Shown one piece after another: positions 40,701-52,208 of a DNA stretch of 64,000 nt. A program made the position numbers and the translations under genes. Numbering within the stretch: position 1 is the first letter of the stretch; each line of letters opens with the position of its first letter. The stretch is from Rhina ancylostomus (taxonomy: Eukaryota). The stretch covers positions 12,467,495 to 12,531,494 of the forward strand of contig JARFYF010000058.1 in the NCBI GenBank assembly GCA_030265395.1, given 5' to 3'. The notes beneath the pieces were generated by a model. The model was not told the origin of the DNA and did no database searches. It was given only the letters and a program-made list of their open reading frames with translations.

Positions 40701-43700
40701 ACCTGCCAAATTAGACAGGAGACAGGGTGTTAAAAGCAAAGGCATTGTCCTGTGAATTATAGATGTGCTTTGAGCTGGCTGGTGGTGTTGGAATTGGGTA
40801 TAGAGTCTGCTTATAACTGGTTACATAATCTCACGTAGTCCAGTTTGGTCTGTTTCCATTTAAGATATTAATACAGAAAAGAGCCGGTTACATAAAAATC
40901 GTGTCTGTGAGCGCATGAAATTCTCATGCCGTGAATATGAAATAAATAATCATCAGGCTGAGAATAAAATAGTTAAGGTTGTACGTCCGTGACCTTTCAT
41001 CTGGACGAGGAAGGGTTAGAAACATTTTAGGTCGCTGGGAAGGAAGGGTGGAAAGAACCAAAAGGAATGTCTACGAAAGGGTGGGGACGCAAATGGGATT
41101 GGTGTCTGCCGAGAGAGGGTGTTGGAGGTATGCTGATTGCAATGAATGTGTCTGGTGGAGGTGTAAATAGAGGGTGGCGAATAAAAAAAGAACAATGCTG
41201 CATCTGTGAGATACAGAAGTAAAAGGGAATAATGAAAAATCTTAGCAGGTTGGGCATTATCTATGAGCAAAGAAGAAAAATGAGTTAACATGACAAAGTG
41301 ATAGCATTGTTTTAGATGAAAACTATGAAGATTGTTGAATTCAGTGTTTAGTCCTGATGGCTGTAGACCACTCAGATGGGAGATGAGATGCTGTTCCTTG
41401 AGCTTATGTTGAGTTTTGCTGGAGCAGTGGAAGGTCAGAAAGAGTTCAGAGTGGGATTTGGAGAATTAGTGACAGGTGGTTGGAAGCTCAGTGTCACTTT
41501 GTCTTTTTTAATGTTTATATATTGAATGCATTTTTGTCTATTAAAGGTAATATCGGTATTCTTTTCAGCATTGGAAATGTCACTAATCCAAATTTAAACA
41601 TTGTAGATTAAGCTAGAAGCATTGATGTAATGACTTAAATTGCTTTTGTATTGTTTACATTTTTGTTGTTTTAGATTTTGAAATAAGTTCCTAACCATAC
41701 ATTTGCTTTGTTGGCTAGAAAACTTACATGCACTTCTACCATTGCCTATTTCTGTCCACGCCTCAGTTTATCTGCTGAAATCCACACTGCATACAGAGTC
41801 TGATCATATGTGTTTCCCTGGGCTAGATGTGAAGGGCGATATCATTGGCCAGCCCTGAAATTATGTGGAAGATCCCTATGGCGGCTATGTTTCTGGCAAA
41901 ATATGCAGAAATCCCATCCTCAGAATTTCCTGATGAGTTTAGACAGAAAGCAAAGCTGGGGTAGAGAACTTTGTCAAAGTCGTCAAGGATTTAAAGGTTT
42001 TTAAATGTCTTTGACGTCCAGGTTTATTTACGAAAACATGTTAGTCAAATGCAGTGAGTCAAATCAGAGGATGCACATTTATAAATCATTTGAATGAAAC
42101 TGAATGGTTGAAAAATAAATCAGAAACCCATAAAACAAATACATAAAAACATACATAACCTTCCCCTTTGCCTACCTAATCCTCAGGTTTGAAGACCCCT
42201 TGAAATTAATGCAATCTCCTATCCAGCGCCATACCTGAGCTGATGTAGAATCTGAGTGGCTATTTTCCCAGTGTAATGTAAGACAGTAAGTGCAAATGTT
42301 CAAGACTTTTTAAAGATTCTGTAGTTGAAAGTGACTGGTTACATTTGGAATCCCTAATTCCAGCCAACATGATTTGCACTGTTATCTCTTGATATGATTA
42401 TTCCAGTTGTTGTTTGGTTGTCCTCTGTCTTCCACCCTATACCATTTAAGTTCATTCAGATCCATTGTTTATAACATATAGCACGTTCCTTTCACCTATC
42501 GGTCTTGAGTTGCCTAGCCTATTTTGGCTCCTGGACTTTTCAATGCCTTAGCTCTACAACCCTCATAATTCTCTGCTAGTTTTGGCTTTTTGTGCTTTCT
42601 TCAATTTTAATCACTGCATGTGACTAACCTTTCAATTGCCTAGCCCCCAAGCCTTGTAGTTTTCTCCTGAAATGTCACTGCCACTCTTCTGGTGCTCCAG
42701 TTTCCTCCCACATCCCAAAGATGTGGGGATTGGTAGTTAATTGGCCACTGTAATTTGTCTCTTGTGTGGTGGTAGAATGNNNNNNNNNNNNNNNNNNNNN
42801 NNNNNNNNNNNNNNNNNNNNNNNNNNNNNNNNNNNNNNNNNNNNNNNNNNNNNNNNNNNNNNNNNNNNNNNNNNNNNNNTGATGGTTAGCGTGGACTTAG
42901 TGGGTTGAAGGACCTTTTGTACTGTATCTCTTTATGACTAAGATGCTGCTTAAACCATCTTTTTGACCAAGCCACAGGCCACTTGTTTCAATATCACTTT
43001 ATTTCTTTGCCAATTATTATTTGATGATGATGTGGAAGTTGCCTTTTTACTAGATTAAAATGTTTATGCAAGGTATATTGTTGTAGTATGACTTATTAAA
43101 GGCTTGCTGTGAAGAGAACTTTATGTAGAACAATTTCAAATTTCTATTATTTACACCTGATTCATTTATATCAATACAGTGCAGTGGTCAAATATGTAAA
43201 CACTTGTTTTGTAATTATTGTAAGTGTTAGAGCCTTTTTTATTTGAACATAATATGAATAATTAAGTATTGCATAAAACTGAATTAAGAAAGAATAGAAA
43301 TTGCACATTTTACTGTGATGCTTCATGATTACAAATCTTTTTTAAGATAAGCCAATACTAAATCTAAGCACTTATAAAATGCTGTGTAAATTTTATGCAA
43401 TGTTTGGAAAAATTAAGTTCTAAGGAAGTACTGGGATGGCAAGAGTTATAAGATAATAAAAGCTGTGTTAGCAATCAATGGTGAAAAGACTCATTACAGG
43501 GTAGGTAACTTGCTTCAATGATAAGAATATAATCATCTATATTAATTATATAAATGAGTCATGTACATAAAGTATCTGTGAGTAGAGCAGTAGCATTGAC
43601 AGAAATCTAACAGTAATTATCTTGTCACAGTACTTCAGTATGTTGTATGTTTGCTTGTCTATGAGAGGTAAATAATCTTTTTTTCATAATTTGTTTTAGA

Positions 43701-43754
43701 AAGAAAGGGGACATCACTTATTGAAAATAGTTAGTAGCACTGCAGTGATCCACC

Positions 43755-43871
43755 ATGGGGGAGCTTTTCCGGAGTGAGGAGATGACACTGGCGCAGCTTT
43801 TCCTGCAGTCAGAAGCTGCTTACTGTTGTGTCAGTGAGCTTGGAGAGCTTGGAATGGTCCAGTTTCGAGAT
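43755..43871 (+). CDS. ATP6V0A1: V-type proton ATPase 116 kDa subunit a1, first coding exon (acceptor probably at 43699/43700)
   Basis: caccATGG Kozak; [39 protein letters not shown]; donor gtaagt; 117 coding nt. Confidence 0.97.
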
Positions 43872-44603
43872 GTAAGTTGATGCATTTATATAAAATAATT
43901 GCGAGTACTACCTAAATGTCTTTGTGAGCTTGACATAGTCTTCTTGCTAATGGAAAATACTCAGTTTACTTTTGGTTTCATATCTTGTGTGCTTGATATT
44001 TAATAGGTTTGGATGCTTGCTTGTTTTATATTTATCTGCTGTCCTGTTTTGCCTAGGGCTTTTGTACTGACTATTCCAGTCTTAAACCAGTCTGAGAAAA
44101 TAGATATGAAGTTGGGCTGTCCTTGCTGTACATACAGGAGATAAACTAGATTCCAGTTTTCCTTTGGCAAACTAAAATGAAGGTTCATTTCATATGCTAC
44201 AAAGTATTCATCAGTGAAAGAATTTATTTAGTGCCATCTAGGCTGTTGACGGCTGTCTCAAAGCATCCAATCTGAGACACATTTGCACAAAAAATGTTTA
44301 CCTCTTCTGCACCTTTTAGTTGAGAAGGTGCTCAGGGTTCTGTTTGGTGCACCTGCCCTAATGGTTACATTGGTAATCTCTGCTGTGGGAAATTACACAT
44401 TAATAAACCCTGGTCTTCTTTGGTTTGTTCTATTTATATAGAACCTGCATCTATTGAAGAACAGATCTTCCCTCATATTGACTAACAGAACTTTAACATG
44501 TGAATCTAGGCTTTGTAAATCAAGCAACCTGTAAAATTGTAATTAGTAGAAGTGTCACAGAAATTCACTGAGTTAAATTTGTTCGTTTTCTTCCTCTCTA
44601 CAG

Positions 44604-44682
44604 TTAAATCCAGATGTGAATGTATTTCAACGCAAATTTGTAAATGAAGTTCGTCGTTGTGAAGAAATGGATCGCAAACTCC
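44604..44682 (+). CDS. ATP6V0A1: ATP6V0A1 coding exon 2 (79 nt)
   Basis: ctctctacag| LNPDVNVFQRKFVNEVRRCEEMDRKL(R) |gttagt. Confidence 0.97.
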
Positions 44683-45072
44683 GTTAGTATCTGTAATGAA
44701 TTTGAAAAGGACCTTTGTCACTTAGTTACAGTACTTGAGATATAATATTGGGGAAGTAGCCATGCTGTTCTATTAGCTATGTTGTTCCACTTCTTCATAT
44801 TTGAAATCAGTTCTGTAAACAGTACTGAAAGCAATGCACAAGTCTTAGTTCATTTGTATTAAAGTACATTAAGGCTATAAAAATGTTGAGGCACCAAAAT
44901 TTTTTTTAGGGGAACTTCTTAAAAGCCAACAATAAGCTTGAGAATGAAGAGCAACTAAAGTGTTTGTTTACTGGTGTATAATGTTTTTTTTAAATTTGAA
45001 TACAAGTCTGACAATGCAAATTTGCTTCCAAGCAATTTGTTTTCTTTTAAATATCCATTTAATTGATTTCAG

Positions 45073-45170
45073 GTTTTGTTGAAAAGGAAATTCGAAAAGC
45101 AAACCTTACAATTTTGGACACTGGAGAGAATCCTGAGGTTCCTTTTCCTCGTGACATGATTGATTTAGAG
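45073..45170 (+). CDS. ATP6V0A1: ATP6V0A1 coding exon 3 (98 nt)
   Basis: tttcag| (R)FVEKEIRKANLTILDTGENPEVPFPRDMIDLE |gtaagc; phase fits the previous exon. Confidence 0.97.
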
Positions 45171-45903
45171 GTAAGCAGATCCAGATGTTTTTGTCTTGGA
45201 TACAACCTGACATTATAACTTAATGTTTGTTTTTCTCTGAGAGCAATGATGCTAAAAATTATAATTGATTATTGTCATTAATTCCTATTGTACATGAGAA
45301 ACAAACTTTGCACAGTTGATCAGTCTTAAGCAGTATTAATGCAGTATTACTGCAGTTGAGTCCCATACTGGCATTGTTAGTAGAGGACTTAAAAGCATTC
45401 TATATGCATTTATTTTGAATGTGTGCTTTGCTATTTATGGAGCACTTCCTCTGCTGTAGAGTGAATTGTTGACAGATAGCTTAAACTTGCATACGAATAT
45501 CCCCATTTCCCTCTGGTATTTCTTTGCTTCTTTCATGGATACAATCTGTTTAGAAGTTAGACTTTAGAAAGGAAATTCTGTTTCATAATATAAAACCTAA
45601 GTGACTTGAGAGAATAGATTGATTATGCTCGTCTTCAAAACCAATGTGGGTGGTGCACACTACTACCACTGGTGGTAAATGGAGTGAATGTTTACTATGG
45701 TTGATGGCTGTTATGTCCTGCATGATGTCTTCTTGAGTGTTACGGACTAGGTTACAATTAGTGAGGTTCCTTTAAGATAGTGTGTGTGTGGTGTGCTTAT
45801 GTCNNNNNNNNNNNNNNNNNNNNNNNNNNNNNNNNNNNNNNNNNNNNNNNNNNNNNNNNNNNNNNNNNNNNNNNNNNNNNNNNNNNNNNNNNNNNNNNNN
45901 NNN

Positions 45904-46245
45904 TCTAACTTAGACTTCCAAACACTGTGGGGACCTTTTTTGAATTATTTTCAAAACCTTTGATTTGGTGGCTAAAATACAGATATTGGCTGATATCGCC
46001 ATGTGTCAAGGGTTTTTCCTTGTCCTTTTTCTTTATTAAACAGCTTTGGTCTTGGTAGTGGGTTTAGATTTTTTTTTATAATAAAATTATTCCAATTTAT
46101 TCATGATTAATTAATTATCGTGTGATTCTTAATATAGAGTATTGTGATTTCAAATATGGTTTAACACACTATTTTTACTTTTTTGATTCATGTACTCTGT
46201 ATTTTCTTTGTGGAATTAATAAAAATATTGTAAAAAGAAAGAAAG
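45904..46245 (+). mobile_element. L1-clade LINE 3' end
   Basis: SNLDFQTLWGPFLNYFQNL* resembles the fish L1 ORF2 C-terminus (F..W.PF..Y); T-rich 3' UTR, AATAAA and an A-rich tail at ~46218-46245. Confidence 0.6.
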
Positions 46246-46948
46246 TGTTATGCAGCCTGGAAACAAGTACTTCAGCCCATTGAGTACATGGCAACCATCA
46301 AGCACACATCACCCTACCAAGTAACATGCAGAGCCAGCATAACTTTACTGCTTTTCTGTAGCACTGATGGTTGATGTGCAAGAAACAGGCAGTCTAACAG
46401 TGGTTTTCTTGGTAATTGGAGCAGGTTGACAGTTCTGGCACTATTCTAACAACTGTTGTGTGGTTTGTCACCAGAACATTATACTTTCATTCTCAATTGA
46501 CATCGATTTTTAACTTCTGCTCACTTCTTGATATAAAAATGATTGTCAAATGAAACAAAAAGATTTTCACCATTCTAAAAGCCAATATGAACAGACATGA
46601 ACAGATTAATGCAAAGATCCACTGATACTTTCAGTAACATAAATAGGTTCATAGCACAACAATGCAATTAATACTGATCACTGGATCCCTGATCTCTGTC
46701 CTCTTCCACAGATATCAATAACACTGCCCTTCTATGGTAACCAGAGAAAGAGCACATTCCCTTCCCCAATCACATACGGGGAAATCCTTACAGGAAAGGC
46801 AAAGATAGTGCCAGAAATACATTGAGTTTGCTTGGCTGAAGTGCAGATGAAGTTAAAGCAGAATTTTGATGTCACTCATGTCCATGTTCTTATATTGTTC
46901 AGGTTTGGTTAGAAATTCATTTGTTACTATTAGTGAAGGTCCCTTTAA

Positions 46949-46951
<3 letters not shown>

Positions 46952-47025
<74 letters not shown>
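46952..47025. repeat. (TG)n microsatellite, with a short (GA)n at 47121-47140
   Basis: About 37 perfect TG units, read directly. Confidence 0.97.
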
Positions 47026-47026
<1 letters not shown>

Positions 47027-50000
47027 TGCTTATGTCAACAGAAGATAAAGAACGTCATGACGTTGTTGTTGAAACAGCCAGTCGGAGTCAGTCTGAAGGA
47101 GAGAGACACACAAGAAGAACGAGAGAGAGAGAGAGAGAGACACCAGCCTGCTTATTTTCTCTGTCGATGGATGAGAAACAATAACTGTGACTGTCCATCC
47201 ATACCATGGTCTTTGGATGACTAAGATAACCTCACTAATTGTAACCTAGTCTGTAACAAGAGTTGTTGGCATTACATTTGATCCAAGCAAGTGTAGAATG
47301 TTCCATCATGCTCCTGATTTGTGCCTTGGAGATGGTGGGAAGACATTGGGATATCAGGAAACGAGTTCCTGACTGCAGAATAATAAACTTCTCTAGTTCT
47401 TGTGACCATAATATTTGTGTGGCTGGTCCAGTTGGGCTACCAGTCAATGGTGACCCTGGTGTTGATGGTGAGAGACCTGACGATGGTAAAGCCATTATAT
47501 CAGGGGCAGGTGGTTGAAGATTGTCAGTGTCTGGCACTTTTGTGGTGCAAGTGTTATTTGCTTCTTACTGGCATGTGCCTGAATGTCATCTAGGTCGATA
47601 GTTGTTCAATCTATTGTTATTCGGCTATCAATATGATTTGAAACATGCATGATAGGTCAGCTTTTGGTAAATATTTTAATTCAACTTGCTAATTTTATTT
47701 TCAGTTTGTATGGATGTTATGAATTATTTAGTACAGTGTTCTTGAGTTGAATAATTTACTTCCAGTATCTACTTGATGCTATTCTCCCTTTTGCTCTTGA
47801 TTTTAGAGTACACTCGCATACCAATTTGAAAGAACTGTGTTGATGACTTATTAGGAAATCTCTCTTTTTTTTAATGTTATCTGCAAAGTCTGCAGAACAA
47901 TGTGTAATGTTTTTGGTTTTCATAATTTCCGTGAGGATTCAACTAATTTAGGTTCACTCTTGGGGTGAATTTTCACTTTACATTTTTATATCGCTGATTG
48001 ATCTGCTCTGAGTTGCATTTACAATAACCTTTTTGGCTTTGGTGTAGAAAGCTCTTGGACCTTAATCTTGAGACTGTTTCCCTTATTATTTGTGATAAGC
48101 TGTTAATTGCAAATGGGCCACAATAGGGGGAAAAAGTTTAGCATTTAAAAACACCTTTTTGCTATTTCACCCATCTCCAACCAAGTACAGTTATAAATTC
48201 TGACTGGCTGATGAGATTTCTAGAAAAAGGTTTAAGTGCATTTTATGTTAGGTTAACATTATTGATGGGCTAACATTTCAATTTTTCTTTGTATTTGCTT
48301 TACTATATACGTGGAAGGTCATAATTAACCAACTTACTTTAGTATCTAAAGTACTTAAGCTATAAGCATCTGGAAGGTTGAAAGCTTTGTGGTGTATGGG
48401 ATCTGCTTGCCCTACAGAAGGCCTTCAATTGTATTGCTTTCATGTAGCATCCTATCAGTGTTACAGTGTGTGGAGCCAGCGTCAGATAGAATGGCTGTGA
48501 AATAGAAAACAAAAGATAAAAGTTATGACATCTTTTTAGAATTACAGGAAAAAGGCAAGTAAAATTCAGGGATAAGTCTTGGGACAACTGTGACACACAT
48601 ATATCTTGTATTTGATGTAGATTTTGAAAATAATATCAAATTAGGGTAGCCTGAATTGCATGAAGGATTGCATCAAAATAGAGAATAGTGTGAAACTAAT
48701 GGATGAGATTCAAGTTAGCTACATGTAAAATTTGATAGATGGAATAACTATGCAGTTTACTCCTTGGATGTAAAACTAAATTGTGCAAAGGAGCAGTATT
48801 TATAAGTAGCACAAAGACTTTAAGGCCCCAAAGATTGAAGACAAAATAGTGGGGTTAGTTTCTTGAGAATAGAATACAAAGACAGGAAATTAAGGTCATA
48901 TAGTAAAAGAGAAGTTTTTATTTAGTTGGTTTCTCTTATAATATTGGGATATCCCAAGGAGCTTTACAACTAATAAAGTATTTTTGATGTGTAGCCAGTG
49001 CTCGTGCAGCAGCAAATTTTATCACTGTTTAACCCCAGTTTAACATTTCAACTAATAAATATTCAGAGATGATGTTTAACACCTCAGCACCATATTGAAG
49101 TGTCAACTGAGATGGTTATTTGTGCACAAACTTTACTTAAACCACCCTGTTTTGTGCTGTGCAGTACTGAAAAGATATTGAAGTACTAGAGAATGGGTAA
49201 AGGGTCTTTAGAAGGATAATAACAGATCTCCGGGTGAAGTTAGGAAAAATTGAACAAGCTGGACCATTACGAGTTATCTTTTTGTTGAAGAGATAAAATA
49301 TCATCTGAGAACAGTCTTTTAAATAATGAAGCAGCTTGGTTGGTTGAAGAACTTAGAACAAAGAAACATAATTAAAGTCAAAGTTATTGTCATATGCACA
49401 AGTACATGTACAGGTGCAGGGAAAAACTCACTTGCAGCAGCACGACAGGCACAAAGCATCATATGAGATGAATGCAAAAACACTAAAGAAATAACTTAGA
49501 AGAATTGGAGGAATTTCTTTTGTAGAAGATGGTGAAAATGTGAAATTTGCTGCTACATAGAATGGTTGAAGCAGGTAGCATTAGCATTTGAGAGGAGGTT
49601 GTTTTTTTTTTGCGGGGGGGGAAGAAAGAGTAGATGTATGTGTGACAGGTGGAAAATGTAATATGATTAGGAGCACACTGATGTGAGCAAATTAACAACA
49701 AGCTCAGGCAATGGTCAAATCCTCTGTGATTTTTGATTCTAAATAGGTACATGTGTTGTATTGGAAAGTAGGAGGCAATAGCAGGGCAGTAATATGGATA
49801 CCATTCCATATGTTTTCTGTAATGTGGTATGATTAGATGCTTATCTGTAGGTGTATCGTGTGAAAGGTAAAATTTTCTGTTTTTTTTACAATTCAATATC
49901 AACTGAACTTGTCAAATAATTACAGATATTTTACTATTTCTCAGCAAGATGCAGTGAAATAAAACCCATTATTGCTTCTATTCTTATCATGCACGCTATT

Positions 50001-50275
50001 GTATGTAACTAGATAATGAATCCCACCACAGATCTGGTGCAGTGGCTCTCAAATACAAAAGCTTAGTTGTCAGCTGTCAAAGAAGGTGCATTCTGGTGTT
50101 CAGGTGATGTTAACATATTAATGGATTTTGCATATTTTGTTATTTTACCCCCTCCAGTGCCATTACAAGCTTATAGTTTAAGTTAAAAGGTACATTGCTA
50201 CTGGGCAACATTATTTCCAATGTATAATGGTTTAATTTGAATTAATAGTAACATTTTGTAATATTTATTTTTCAG

Positions 50276-50404
50276 GCAACCTTTGAAAAACTGGAAAATG
50301 AACTGAAAGAAATTAATACTAACCAGGAAGCATTAAAACGTAACTTTCTAGAGCTGACTGAACTGAAATACATCCTTCGTAGAACACAGCAGTTCTTTGA
50401 TGAG
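50276..50404 (+). CDS. ATP6V0A1: ATP6V0A1 coding exon 4 (129 nt)
   Basis: ttttcag| [43 protein letters not shown] |gtcgga. Confidence 0.97.
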
Positions 50405-52034
50405 GTCGGATTATTGCACATCTTTTCAGTTTCTACCCTATGCCTCCTTGGGGATTAGTTTAAGCGTGCAATGCATGTGTACATCACTGTTGGCCTTTCT
50501 GTCCATGTTTCTAGTTTGCAGGGTCACTTTAAGAATGTCCATTGCAAAATGACGTAATATTCCATACCAAATACATCAAAGGTTTCCTAAAATTCATTTC
50601 TATGCTGATTTGCCTTCAGAACAAAAATGCATGATTTTATATTTAGCTTATTTGCTTCTCTGCCTAATTACCTTTAATCAGAAATCCCTTTTAATATTAT
50701 TTTGAATTGGTAATTATACTGTACTTCTGGGAAATTGATGGGATAAGAATTAATGCTGTTCATAAGCTCTTCAACTGTTGAATGTCTTTTAAATCTAAAG
50801 TGAAGTGTTACTGATGCTGAATGGGCAAGTGTATATTGCTTAACTTGTTCGAAAATTTGGATCAAATTTATACTGCTCCTCTACTACGTTTTTAAAAACA
50901 AAAACAGCCATCTTCATCCTATGTATGTCACTGAAGGCAGGATGATGGTTGGTGTTTCTCTTCAAACTGCCTGATGCAAGGTTTCAACCCAAAACATCGA
51001 CAATTCCTTTCCTCCCATGATGCTCCTCGACCTGTTCATTGCTCCATATTCCAGCATCTGCAGTCTCATGTGTCTGCCTGTAGATCAATTTTTTTCCTGA
51101 GTGGGACTCACTTTTTTTCCGTATTTCTCTTGAACTTGCTGTCTTTGGATCTGGAAGGCTGATCTCGCAAGCCTAGATAGTCTTGAAGATGAACATTGAG
51201 GCCCTGAGGGGTGGTCGGGCCTTGAGTGAAGCAGTGGGATGCCAGAGCCCATGAGAGTCCTCTGGAAACGTTGGACCAGTCTTGCCTCCAACTTGCTGTC
51301 AGAACATTCAGAGACTTTGAAAGCATTTTAACATTGAACTAAAATAATTTTTAAAAAGTCAAATAAAAATGACACACATAATTATAGTCAATAGACAAAT
51401 AATTTTCAAAAGTAATGTGCAATTTTTTCACTCCTACAGCTCTATAAATCCCCTCTAAAGTGATTAGGTTCAAGGATCCTTAACCAGTTCTATGTTTCAG
51501 TATGTCAGTACACCTCTGCTCTGCTTTTGGAGTTCTTTGGGTGTCCAGCAGCAGAATACAGCTGAGAATTTGCTGGTGGAGCTCACCAAGTAAGTGTGGA
51601 CCTCTGTATCAGCACAAGAGTCCTGAAACTTGCAGGAACTCAGGCTNNNNNNNNNNNNNNNNNNNNNNNNNNNNNNNNNNNNNNNNNNNNNNNNNNNNNN
51701 NNNNNNNNNNNNNNNNNNNNNNNNNNNNNNNNNNNNNNNNNNNNNNTAGTGGCCATTTGGTGTATAACTACTGGCATTTACCAGCAAAATCGTAGAATTA
51801 TTTCTCCGAATGATATCTTGTCAAATTGAGCGACTCGATGTCCTTATCTGAGTATCATTGTCAACCTTTTTGTTGTCCAAGTATTTCCTAATGGTTGTTA
51901 TATAATCAAAATTGTCTGTCATATGATGTCACGAGGAGATTATTTAGGGCTGAGAAATGTTCGATGAGCACGAACTATGAAAAATCATGAATGAAGATCA
52001 AAAAGCTGTAGATGTTGCAATCTGAAATAACAAC

Positions 52035-52208
52035 AGAAAATGCTGGAAATTCTCAGCAGGTCAGGTAGCATCCATAGAGAGAGAAAACATTTCTGATCAA
52101 TGATCCTTCATCGTTTTTGCACATCTCCAGCCATTGATTTGAAATAGTTACTCTATTTCTCTCTCCACAGAGTGCTGCCTGACCTGCTGAGTATTTCCAG
52201 CACTTTCT
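52035..52208. repeat. Inverted-repeat (hairpin-type) element from the Penelope-terminal repeat family
   Basis: agaaaatgctggaaattctcagcaggtcaggtagca... pairs with ...tgctgcctgacctgctgagtatttccagcactttct; single-arm copies at ~1-75, 9340-9460, 14390-14500, 31720-31810 and 50970-51080. Confidence 0.75.

Larger units (their letters stand above)
45738..47258. mobile_element. Insertion bounded by 31-bp terminal inverted repeats (TG...CA), splitting an antisense LINE remnant (45640-45737 and 47259-47600)
   Basis: 45738-45768 tgttacggactaggttacaattagtgaggtt versus the reverse complement of 47228-47258, tgttacagactaggttacaattagtgaggtt (30/31 identical). Confidence 0.65.

Noticed and set aside
40040-40755. 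Long overlapping ORFs of 220, 129 and 63 aa
   Set aside because: They lie in the GC-rich CpG island where stops are rare; Pro/Gly/Ala/Arg-rich with no recognisable domain.
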